Part shown: positions 1-8,020 of the stretch, piece by piece
Position numbering within the stretch: position 1 is the first letter of the stretch
How the letters are laid out: every line of letters starts with the position of its first letter
NCBI GenBank assembly: GCA_049287685.1
Contig: JBAQGH010000072.1
Coordinates: 2,821 to 66,820, forward strand
Direction of reading: 5' to 3'
Origin: Solirubrobacteraceae bacterium
GTDB taxonomy: Bacteria > Actinomycetota > Thermoleophilia > Solirubrobacterales > Solirubrobacteraceae
DNA: 64,000 nt
Notes under the pieces: generated by a model
The model's input: only the letters and a program-made list of their open reading frames with translations
What the model was told of the DNA's origin: nothing
Databases searched by the model: none
Translations under genes and position numbers: made by a program

Positions 1-866
1 ACACTCCGCTGAAGGATCTCAAAGGGCGCACCATCGGCACGGTCACGGCCGCCGAGGAGGGCGTCTTTGGATACGCCGGCACGTTGTATGCGATCACCGA
101 AGCACAGGTCTTCGCGCGCACCGGCGGGCACTCGCTCGGCGGCTCCAGTAGCCCCGAACCAAGCAATATCCCCGAGAAAGGCGAGATCACCTATAAGGCC
201 AAGCGCTACGCTGTCTACTCGTTCCCGGGCGCAGGCTTCCCGCGGAAGAAGCTGCGTGTCTACGTGCTCGCCCCGGTCCCACCGGCCTCCAGCTGCGCAC
301 CCACGTCGGCGGAGACGGCGATCGACGCGATCGGCGAGACAGCCAAGCGGATCTACCGCGAGGAGCAGTCCGGAGCGGCCACGCGCGCTGTGGTACGTGA
401 CTTCGAAAATTCCCGACCCTTCCAGGAAGCGGTCGCCACCGACAACCCAACAGCCGCGCGAGCCGCGATCGTGAAGTTCTTCGAAGGCACGCTGCACGTC
501 GTGCGCGTGCGCGCCACGCTCGGTGAAAAGCTCGTCGCCGACGTCGGCGGCCCGCACGTGCTGGCGCCGATCCGCGGCGAGGTGCGCAACGCTCACGGGC
601 GCATCGTGGGCCACTTCCTGCTGTCGGTGCAAGACGACTTGGGCTATGTGATCCTCGCGCAGCGCTTTGCCGGCGCGCAGGTGTTCCTCTATGAAAGCAA
701 GCAGCTGCTGCTCGGCAGCTCAAGCCCAGCGCCGCTGTCGATCCCAAAGCACGGCGAAATGCTGTTCGACGGCGTCCGCTACCATACGTACTCGTTCACG
801 GCCGAAGCGTTCCCGAAGGGGCGGCTTGAAGTCTCATTGTTGATTCCGCCGGTGCGCGGAACCTGA
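1..866 (+). CDS. hypothetical protein, 5'-truncated by the window edge, with an internally duplicated ~45-aa module
   Basis: Frame 3 is open from nt 3 into ORF 84..866, with stop TGA at 864-866. The module LGGSSSPEPSNIPEKGEITYKAKRYAVYSFPGAGFPRKKLRVYVL recurs as LLGSSSPAPLSIPKHGEMLFDGVRYHTYSFTAEAFPKGRLEVSLL. Confidence 0.6.
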   Translation, partial: TPLKDLKGRTIGTVTAAEEGVFGYAGTLYAITEAQVFARTGGHSLGGSSSPEPSNIPEKGEITYKAKRYAVYSFPGAGFPRKKLRVYVLAPVPPASSCAPTSAETAIDAIGETAKRIYREEQSGAATRAVVRDFENSRPFQEAVATDNPTAARAAIVKFFEGTLHVVRVRATLGEKLVADVGGPHVLAPIRGEVRNAHGRIVGHFLLSVQDDLGYVILAQRFAGAQVFLYESKQLLLGSSSPAPLSIPKHGEMLFDGVRYHTYSFTAEAFPKGRLEVSLLIPPVRGT

Positions 867-962
867 CAGAACAGCCGGGCGGCTGCTACGGGAACGAACA
901 TCGCCGCCCGTAAGGGTGGCCCATCCCCCAAAAAACGCTCCCGAGCAGCCAGCGCCGCCGGA

Positions 963-2756
963 TCAGATCATGCTCGTGGTCATCCGCTCGATCTCAGCGA
1001 TCGATGTCTGACCAGCGCGCACCTTGGCGATGCCGTCGTCGCGCATACGCCGCATGCCCTGACTCATCGCCGCGGCCGCGATGTCGTCAACGGAGGCGCG
1101 GCTCAGCACCAGCGAGCGAACCTCTTCGGTGACAGACATCACCTCGTAGATACCCATGCGCCCCCTGTAACCGGTTGTGGCGCAGCGCGTGCAGCCGACC
1201 GGCTCGAACGCCTCGGACTCATACAGCCCATATTCGGCGAGCAGGGACTCGGGCGCTTTGCTCGGACGCTTGCAGTGTGGGCAAAGCGTGCGCACGAGCC
1301 GCTGTGCGACGACGCAGTCGATCGCCGAGGAGATCAAAAACGGCTCGATGCCCATGTCGATCAGGCGCCCGAGCGCGCTGGGAGCATCGCGGGTGTGCAG
1401 TGTCGAGAGCACAAGGTGGCCGGTGAGCGCCGCCTCGACCGCGATGTGAGCGGTTTCGCGGTCGCGGATCTCGCCGACCATGATCACGTCCGGGTCGGCA
1501 CGCAGCATCGCGCGCAATCCGCCGGCGAAGGTCATGCCGGCCTTGGGCGCAACCTGCATCTGCTTGACCCCGGCGATACGCGACTCGACAGGATCCTCGA
1601 TCGTGAGGATCGAACGACTGCCGTCGTTGACGGCCCCGAGCGCTGCGTACAGCGTCGTAGACTTGCCGCTACCGGTCGGCCCCGTCACGAGCACCGCGCC
1701 ATTGGGGCGCGCGATCGCATAGGCAAAGCGATCCTGCTCGGTGCGCTGCATGCCCAGCGACTCCAAGCCGCGCACGGCCACACCCTTGTCGAGAATGCGC
1801 AGATAGGCGCCCTCGCCGTAGACCAGCGGGAGCGTCGTCACACGCACGTCGACGCGACGTCCGGAGACGGTCAGCGCGAAGCGCCCGTCCTGGGGAACGC
1901 GCCGCTCGGAGATGTCCATCTCCGACATGATCTTTATGCGCGAGATGATGCTCGTGGCCATCGAGCGCTTGAGCGTCGATGTCAGCGAGAGCACGCCGTC
2001 GATGCGGAACGAGACGTGCATGTCGCCCTCGCCGGGGTCGATGTGAATGTCGGAGGCACCCTGCTCGATCGCATCGGCGATGATCGAGTGCACGAGCTTG
2101 ACGACAGGAGCATCCTTGTCGGCCTCGTCCATGACGAAGTCGGACTCGTTATCGCCGTCGTCCTCCTCGACGATCTCTTCGACCGACTGCTCCACGCGCG
2201 AGAGGCGCATGATCAGAATGTTCAGGTCCTCGATCGAAGCCGAGGCCGAGCGAACACGCCTGCCGGTGAGCATCGCGATGTCGTCGATCGTCAGCACGTT
2301 CGTGGGGTCAGCCATCGCCAGCATCAACGTGCCGTCCTCCAGGAAGCCGACCGGGACCGCCTGATAGCGACGGATCGCCTCCATGTCGATCAGGTTCACG
2401 GCACCCATGTCCAGCTCGTACACAGACAGATCGATGTATTCAAGGCCAAAGCGCTCCGCCACCACACGCGCCAGCTGGTCGTGGCGCAGAATGCCCTGCT
2501 CGACGAGGATCTGGCCGGTGGGCTTGCCTTGAGCCCGAGCGATCTCCACGGCTTCCTCGACTTTCTCGCGCGTGGCGAAGCCAAGATCCACGACCACGTC
2601 GCCGATCAGACGACCGGGACGGCCATCGGCGAGTGCTTGCATCAGTGCGTCGCGCTGGATGGTGCCGCTGCGTGCAGACTCGGCCGGCCCCACGGCAGGA
2701 CGCAGCAGCGAGAGCTCGCTCACGGATGCACTGGTTGACGTAGGTCGATCCCCCAC
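963..2756 (-). CDS. GspE/PilB-family type II secretion / type IV pilus assembly ATPase
   Basis: 597-aa ORF with a GTG start at 2756. It has an N-terminal T2SSE_N-like region (LGFATREKVEEAVEIARAQGKPTGQILVEQGIL), Walker A GPTGSGKST, and C-terminal CxxC...CxxC cysteines (CPHC, CTRC). Confidence 0.9.
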   Translation of the reverse strand: MGDRPTSTSASVSELSLLRPAVGPAESARSGTIQRDALMQALADGRPGRLIGDVVVDLGFATREKVEEAVEIARAQGKPTGQILVEQGILRHDQLARVVAERFGLEYIDLSVYELDMGAVNLIDMEAIRRYQAVPVGFLEDGTLMLAMADPTNVLTIDDIAMLTGRRVRSASASIEDLNILIMRLSRVEQSVEEIVEEDDGDNESDFVMDEADKDAPVVKLVHSIIADAIEQGASDIHIDPGEGDMHVSFRIDGVLSLTSTLKRSMATSIISRIKIMSEMDISERRVPQDGRFALTVSGRRVDVRVTTLPLVYGEGAYLRILDKGVAVRGLESLGMQRTEQDRFAYAIARPNGAVLVTGPTGSGKSTTLYAALGAVNDGSRSILTIEDPVESRIAGVKQMQVAPKAGMTFAGGLRAMLRADPDVIMVGEIRDRETAHIAVEAALTGHLVLSTLHTRDAPSALGRLIDMGIEPFLISSAIDCVVAQRLVRTLCPHCKRPSKAPESLLAEYGLYESEAFEPVGCTRCATTGYRGRMGIYEVMSVTEEVRSLVLSRASVDDIAAAAMSQGMRRMRDDGIAKVRAGQTSIAEIERMTTSMI

Positions 2757-2820
2757 GCTTTGATGATCGGCATCCGTGAACGCCGACTTGACTGATTCCG
2801 CGGGGTTTCTCAGCGAATGA

Positions 2821-3831
2821 TCAGCGGCCGAGGCCCTGCTCGAATGCGCCCTTGACGCTGGCGTCGAGCGCGTTCAGTCGCTGCAGGGCAAGCGCCTCGG
2901 CAGAGGCCGGGCGCTGGGCGCCGGCGCCCTCAGCGCCGTGATGGCAGAGCACACAGTGCTCAAGCGACATACGTCGCTCGCTGGGCAACGTCGTAGGGGC
3001 ATGAGCAGCGATCAATCTCAGCCCCAACTCGATGTGGCCCAACATGCGCCCCTCCTCCGTGCGGGTGATCTCCGCGCCGTAGGCGTACTCGCGTATCTTG
3101 CCGATGTCGTGCACGAGCGCCGCGCAAAGCAGCAGGTCACGATCCAAGCGCGGGTGCACCGCGCACAGCTCGACCGCCAGCGTGGCAACCGCGACCGTGT
3201 GCTCCAAGAGCCCACCGAGGAAAGCATGGTGCGAGGAAGCTGAGCGACCCGCTCCGGCGGAGGGCAGCGAGCAGGGTGCGCGGCGCAGCTCGGCACGCAG
3301 CTTGCGATCCTCCAGCAGGCGCTGCAGCAAGCCTTTGAGACCGGGATCGAACACCTCGCGCACAAGGTGCTCGTAGAAGCCCTCCAGCTCCTCGATGTCA
3401 CGATGGGATACGGGCAGGAAGCGGGCGGCATCCTCGTCTGTCAGCTCGACCCGAGCGATCTGCTCAATCGCGAGCTGCAACTGCTCACGAAACAGCTCCG
3501 CACGCCCGCGCACCCGCACGAGCTCGCCGCGCTCGAAGCGCCCGGCGAGAAGGTCGGCGTCGCGGAAGATCCTGCCGGAGAGGCTGCCCGACTGATCGCG
3601 CAGCTCGACTGTGAGGTAGGGGTCGCCGGAGCGGGTGATGAGCCGCTCCTTGCGCACGCAAGCGAAGACGGCATCCACCGTATCGCCGGCGCGCAGGGTG
3701 GCGGTCGTCTGTGCGTCAGCCACCTCCTCGCCGCTCCCCAGCCCACGCGTGGGAGGCGATCCGACCGGATCGGGAAGTGCAAGCGCGTGCCTGCCAGCGG
3801 CCAGTGTAGTTCCAGTGTGCGTCGTGGACAT
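2821..3831 (-). CDS. OB-fold + HD-domain phosphohydrolase (YhaM/Cbf1-like 3'-5' exonuclease family), paralog 1
   Basis: An OB-like N-terminus (LTVELRDQSGSLSGRIF...VRVRGRAELF) is followed by an HD motif (LVHDIGK...CHHG). I chose the ATG at 3831 (MSTTHTG); the track ORF extends to 3912, so the start is uncertain. Confidence 0.7.
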   Translation of the reverse strand: MSTTHTGTTLAAGRHALALPDPVGSPPTRGLGSGEEVADAQTTATLRAGDTVDAVFACVRKERLITRSGDPYLTVELRDQSGSLSGRIFRDADLLAGRFERGELVRVRGRAELFREQLQLAIEQIARVELTDEDAARFLPVSHRDIEELEGFYEHLVREVFDPGLKGLLQRLLEDRKLRAELRRAPCSLPSAGAGRSASSHHAFLGGLLEHTVAVATLAVELCAVHPRLDRDLLLCAALVHDIGKIREYAYGAEITRTEEGRMLGHIELGLRLIAAHAPTTLPSERRMSLEHCVLCHHGAEGAGAQRPASAEALALQRLNALDASVKGAFEQGLGR

Positions 3832-3859
3832 GTGGTGTCCATGATGTACGGTGGGTCGG

Positions 3860-4735
3860 ATGCAGCCACTGATCTGGGATCGTCGCCCCGACGGCCTGCG
3901 GGCCCCTGCCATGGTGTGCTCATTTCAGGGTTGGAACGACGCCGGCGACGCCGCCTCGACCGCGACGGGCTTCCTCGCGCAGGCGCTTGGCGCGCAGCGC
4001 TTTGCGCGGATCGACAGCGAGGAGTTCTACGACTTCCAAGCCAACCGTCCGCACGTCAAGATCGACGAGACCCAGGCGCGAGTCATCTCATGGCCGTCTG
4101 TCGAGATCTTCGAAGCGCGCGCGCCGCGCGCCCACCGCGACCTCGTGATCGTGCAGGGCACCGAGCCCTCGATGCGCTGGCGCTCGTTCAGCTCGCTGAT
4201 CGTCGACCTTGCCGAAGCGCTCGACGTGCAGCTGGTGGTAACGCTCGGAGGGTTGCTCGCCGACGTCCCCCACTCACAGCCGGTGACGATGACCGGCTTT
4301 GCCTCCGATCCAGCATTGATGGCGAGACTCGCATTGAATGCCAGCAGCTACGAGGGCCCAACGGGAATCGTGGGCGTTTTGCATGCCGGCTTCGGCCAGG
4401 CGGGGCTGCCGTCGGCGAGCATTTGGGCAAGCGTGCCCCACTATGTCGCGGCCGCCGCCAGCCCCAAGGCCGCGCTCGCCTTGCTGCGCAGGCTGGAGCT
4501 GATGGTGGGGGTCTCGGTCGATGTTACGGAGCTCGAGGAAGCCGCCGCCGAGTACGAACGCCAAGTGGGTCTAGCCGTGCGATCGGATCCCGACATCCAA
4601 GCGTTCGTCGACCGTTTGGAGCAGCGCGCCGTCGAGGACGGCCAGGCCGAGATCAGCCCGCAGGATTTGCCTTCCGGCGACCTGCTCGCGCGCGAATTCC
4701 AGCGGTTTTTGCGCCAGCGGGGGATCGAGAGCTAG
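3860..4735 (+). CDS. PAC2 (proteasome assembly chaperone 2) family protein
   Basis: The N-terminal signature MVCSFQGWNDAGDAAS is typical of actinobacterial PAC2-family proteins. The first ATG is at 3860; the track ORF starts at GTG 3851. Confidence 0.75.
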   Translation: MQPLIWDRRPDGLRAPAMVCSFQGWNDAGDAASTATGFLAQALGAQRFARIDSEEFYDFQANRPHVKIDETQARVISWPSVEIFEARAPRAHRDLVIVQGTEPSMRWRSFSSLIVDLAEALDVQLVVTLGGLLADVPHSQPVTMTGFASDPALMARLALNASSYEGPTGIVGVLHAGFGQAGLPSASIWASVPHYVAAAASPKAALALLRRLELMVGVSVDVTELEEAAAEYERQVGLAVRSDPDIQAFVDRLEQRAVEDGQAEISPQDLPSGDLLAREFQRFLRQRGIES

Positions 4736-5931
4736 CGCGAGGCGATCCCGTAGGTGACGGCCGAGCCCATCAGCAATTTGTGCGAGCCGTACTGCGCCTC
4801 TGCGCTCGTCGGCTGGAAGCCGGGCGAGAGCTGGAGCTTTTTGGAGAGCGCGTACATGACGAGCTCGATCGTGTCGCTCTTGCCCTTGGCGGGACAGATC
4901 GGCGAGTAGGCGGCCTTACCGGCGGTGTTGGTGCCGACGATCCCGCCGGCAGGAACCTTGCCGGCCGCAACGCCGGCGGAGCTCGGTTCGATCCCACCGA
5001 CCACCCAGCGGATGCCGCCTCCGGAGCCACTGGAGTTGTCGTCAATCACGAACAGGAATAGTTCGGCGGCCTTGGCCGGCACTTTCTGCCAAGAGAGCGC
5101 GGGCGAGATGCCGGCGCCGGCGCAGGTGTAGGAGACGGGAATCGCACCGTTACGTTCGAAGGCGGGGCTGGAAATCGAAAAAGCGCCAGGCGCGGTGTGG
5201 GCCTCGCCGCCGGCGTTCGAGCCGGAGGAGCTCGACGAGGCGCTACTTGACGATGCCGCGGAGCTCGAGGCTTTGCTGGAGGAGCTTTTGGCGGTTAGGT
5301 CTTCCGGCTTGCCTTTGTACTGCTTGCAGTCTTCCATCACATAACCGGGTTCGCAGCTGGTGTAGTTCTTCCAGTGCGTATGGAAGTCGTTCTCGAAAGC
5401 TGTGAGTGACGCGCTGCGCTGCGCTGCGCTCTTGCCAGCACTGACCTTCGCGGCGATCTTGGAGGCCAGCAGTTCGACCTTGATGCGCGCCAGCAGGTCG
5501 GCTTCGGTCTCGCCGGACTTGCCAAGGTACTTCTGCAGTGAGCCAGCCTTGGGAAAGCTCTCGTGCACGAGCTGGGCGAAGCGCTGCTTGACTTCGGCTT
5601 CGGAGACGCTGACGCCGCGCGCCGCGGCCTCGCCCAGCACCCACTCGGAGGTGATCAGAAAGCCAAGTGCCTGATGGGCCGGCGAGCTGGCGGCGCCCAG
5701 CGCCGTCTCCACGGCCAGCCAGTGCTTGAAGCTCGCCTTGGAGATCGGCGTGCGCGAGACGTAGGCGACGGCATCGACACTGGAGGCGCTGCCCTGTGTC
5801 GGCGCCGCCGCGGGGGAACTCGGCACCGAGGCGGTATTCGTCGAGGAAGACCCACCACCGCATCCGGCGACCAGTCCAGCGGCAAGCAGTAGCGAAAGCG
5901 CCGGCAGGCACACACTCGTGCTCTTGCGCAT
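4732..5931 (-). CDS. lipoprotein fusing a SurA-N-like chaperone domain to a C-terminal PEBP/YbhB-family domain
   Basis: Lipobox MRKSTSVCLPALSLLLAAGLVAGC. The middle resembles a SurA/PpiD N-domain (FKHWLAVE...AEVKQRF...LLARIKVELLASKI). A Ser-rich linker follows, then a PEBP motif (NGAIPVSYTCAGAGISPALSW...LFVIDD). The ATG at 5931 was chosen; the ORF is open to 6039. Confidence 0.7.
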   Translation of the reverse strand: MRKSTSVCLPALSLLLAAGLVAGCGGGSSSTNTASVPSSPAAAPTQGSASSVDAVAYVSRTPISKASFKHWLAVETALGAASSPAHQALGFLITSEWVLGEAAARGVSVSEAEVKQRFAQLVHESFPKAGSLQKYLGKSGETEADLLARIKVELLASKIAAKVSAGKSAAQRSASLTAFENDFHTHWKNYTSCEPGYVMEDCKQYKGKPEDLTAKSSSSKASSSAASSSSASSSSSGSNAGGEAHTAPGAFSISSPAFERNGAIPVSYTCAGAGISPALSWQKVPAKAAELFLFVIDDNSSGSGGGIRWVVGGIEPSSAGVAAGKVPAGGIVGTNTAGKAAYSPICPAKGKSDTIELVMYALSKKLQLSPGFQPTSAEAQYGSHKLLMGSAVTYGIASR

Positions 5932-6191
5932 ACGCGAGACCGCCCCTCCCTTCAAGACACTTCTCTTCATCCTCGCGAGAAGGCTATCCACTCGGCCTAA
6001 AGCGCAGTGAAAGTGAGACATGCAACCAGTCGGTTGCATGTCTTGGATTTCCTAGCCGCGAGATCCTTGACTACCGCAGGACTATCCAGAGTCCCGCGGG
6101 CTATCCGTCACGAAAGGCTTATCCGGAGCGGAGGACGCACTCAGAACGAGCACGCGCCCGCGTCTACTAACGACGTACCTAGGAACTACAT

Positions 6192-7856
6192 CTAGCGCTC
6201 CCAAGCAGGACAAGCGATGCGGTAGTCGCACAGCCCACACACGCTCGGCGAGGGCGTCGGCTCGAAGCGCTGCGCCATGATCGCCTCGCCGACCTCGACG
6301 ACAACGCGCGCGATCCAATCGGGATCCATCTCGGCGCTAGGGACCGGCACCTTGAGGTCATCGAGCACGTAGTAATAGGAGAGACGCTCGGCCTCAACTT
6401 CCCAGGACTCGCGGGCGCCCACCGCATACAGCGAGAGCTGTACGTCGTCGGCAAGCTGCTCCGCGGTCTTCGGGCGCGATGTCTTGTAATCGATCAGCTC
6501 GTAGGCCCCGTCGGCAAGCTTGTCGACACGATCGACACGCCCACGCAGGTGATGGGGCCCGAGCTTGAATGAAAAGGAGCGCTCGAACCAAGCCGGCTCG
6601 GCCTCGTGGGCCTCGAGCCGCCGGTGATAGAGCACGAGCGCCGCGCGAGCCTTTACGTGCAGCTCGCGCTCACGATCGCTGCCACCAAAGCCACCGCGGC
6701 GCCAGCAGCTCTCGAACAGCTCCATCATCTGCTCGATCGTCGTGTGCTCAGCGGCGTGGTAGCGCTCGAGCACCTGGTGCACGGCTATCCCAAAGCGCTG
6801 GTGCAAAGTCTGCGCCGAGGGGATCTTCAAGACGCGCCCAAGCTTGTAGCGCAGCGGGCAAGCCCTGTACGTGTCAATGTCCGAGGCCGACAGCACGAGC
6901 CCATCCCCTCGCCTGGGCAGGAAAGCCTGTAGCGACGGTTCCTCGCGACGTGCAAACGCGCCAAGCGCAAGCGCGGCAACAGCAGCTTTGGGGGACGGCG
7001 AAGCAACCGGGGACTCGACATGAGCGGCGTCTGGGGCCTGCACCCCACTTCGCTCGGCGACGCCCGAGTCGGGCCCACCCTGTTCGGCTGCGCCGGCCTC
7101 CGCCTGGCCTCGCTCGCTCGCAAACAGCGCCTCGTCCAACGTCGAGGTCTGGAAGATCTCGCGCTGCAGCGGCGTGCAGGCGGCGAGCAAGCGCTGGTTG
7201 ATGTCGGCAAGCGCCTCGGCCAAGCCCTGCCCGGCCGGCCGGTCCTTGAGCGCCGCGAGCTTCACGAGCTCCAGGTAGCGCACGACGCCGTGGGAGATGT
7301 CCAGGTCGGTATCCAGGCGCAGCTCGCCGAGGCGCCCAGCGATGCGCAGCGCACCGCCGAGCACCTCCTCGCGCATCAGCTCGACCGTTGCCTCCAGTGT
7401 CTGCGCACGCGGCTCGGAAATCGTCTCGCCACCAAGCAGCCTTGCCTCGGAGGCAGCCGTCAACTCCGCCGCCAACTCCTGCGGGCTGCAGCCCAAACGT
7501 GGGCGCAAAGCCTCGAAGGCGATCCTCGCTTCATCGTGCAACGCCTGGAAGCGCTCGATCCGCTCGCGCGCCTCGGGCGGCATCTGCGGCGACTCGATCG
7601 CCGGCCCAAGCGCCGTCACGATGTCAAGCTTGGCCTTGCGCGCCACCTGCACCACGCGCGCGATGTCCACCTGGCGCAGCTCGATCGGTGGACGCCCAAG
7701 CGCGCGCACTACCGCCGAGGAGTCGCTCGGATCGGTAAGCAGACGCAGCCAGGCCAAAACGTCGCGCGCGGCCGCACGCTCGAAGAACGTCCCCGCCGTC
7801 TCCACGTCGCCCGGGCTTTCAGCCGAGGAGGCAAACGCAGTTCGAGAAACGGCCAC
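6192..7856 (-). CDS. PD-(D/E)XK nuclease (RecB/AddB/Cas4-type, 4-Cys) fused to a remnant of a UvrD-like helicase 2B/C-terminal region; the motor domain is absent and this may be a pseudogene
   Basis: The C-terminus has YRACPLRY...GRVDRVD...LIDYKTS...CGLCDYRIAC. The N-terminus has FFERAAARDVLAWLRLLTDPSDSSAVVRALGRPP, resembling the UvrD/PcrA 2B segment. I see no Walker A or helicase motifs I-VI. The only plausible start is GTG 7856. The ORF extension to 8273 is antisense to the next gene and reads as nonsense. Confidence 0.6.
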   Translation of the reverse strand: MAVSRTAFASSAESPGDVETAGTFFERAAARDVLAWLRLLTDPSDSSAVVRALGRPPIELRQVDIARVVQVARKAKLDIVTALGPAIESPQMPPEARERIERFQALHDEARIAFEALRPRLGCSPQELAAELTAASEARLLGGETISEPRAQTLEATVELMREEVLGGALRIAGRLGELRLDTDLDISHGVVRYLELVKLAALKDRPAGQGLAEALADINQRLLAACTPLQREIFQTSTLDEALFASERGQAEAGAAEQGGPDSGVAERSGVQAPDAAHVESPVASPSPKAAVAALALGAFARREEPSLQAFLPRRGDGLVLSASDIDTYRACPLRYKLGRVLKIPSAQTLHQRFGIAVHQVLERYHAAEHTTIEQMMELFESCWRRGGFGGSDRERELHVKARAALVLYHRRLEAHEAEPAWFERSFSFKLGPHHLRGRVDRVDKLADGAYELIDYKTSRPKTAEQLADDVQLSLYAVGARESWEVEAERLSYYYVLDDLKVPVPSAEMDPDWIARVVVEVGEAIMAQRFEPTPSPSVCGLCDYRIACPAWER

Positions 7857-8020
7857 AGAGCAAGGATACGAGTGCGTGTCGGCACGGGCAGTCCGAGCAG
7901 GACCAGGCACGAACTGCGCGCGCGTTGGCTGGGGCCGTCCGAGCACCCAAAGGCACGAACTTTTAATCCAAAAAAACAGCTGCTGGGAGAGCCCCCTTGC
8001 GCGGGGCGTACGCTCTAGCA

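Noticed and set aside
875-910. Hairpin CGGGCGGC-N19-GCCGCCCG between convergent genes, considered as a terminator
   Set aside because: It has a large loop and no U-tract on either side, so it is too weak to call.
1275-2738. 487-aa plus-strand ORF
   Set aside because: It is antisense to the well-supported PilB/GspE gene. The translation is Arg/His/Asp-rich with no motifs, which is typical of a shadow ORF in high-GC DNA.
3367-5061. 564-aa plus-strand ORF spanning three annotated genes
   Set aside because: It overlaps the HD-OB gene antisense, lies out of frame with the PAC2 gene, and runs antisense into the lipoprotein gene. The translation is Arg/Ala/Gly-rich nonsense.
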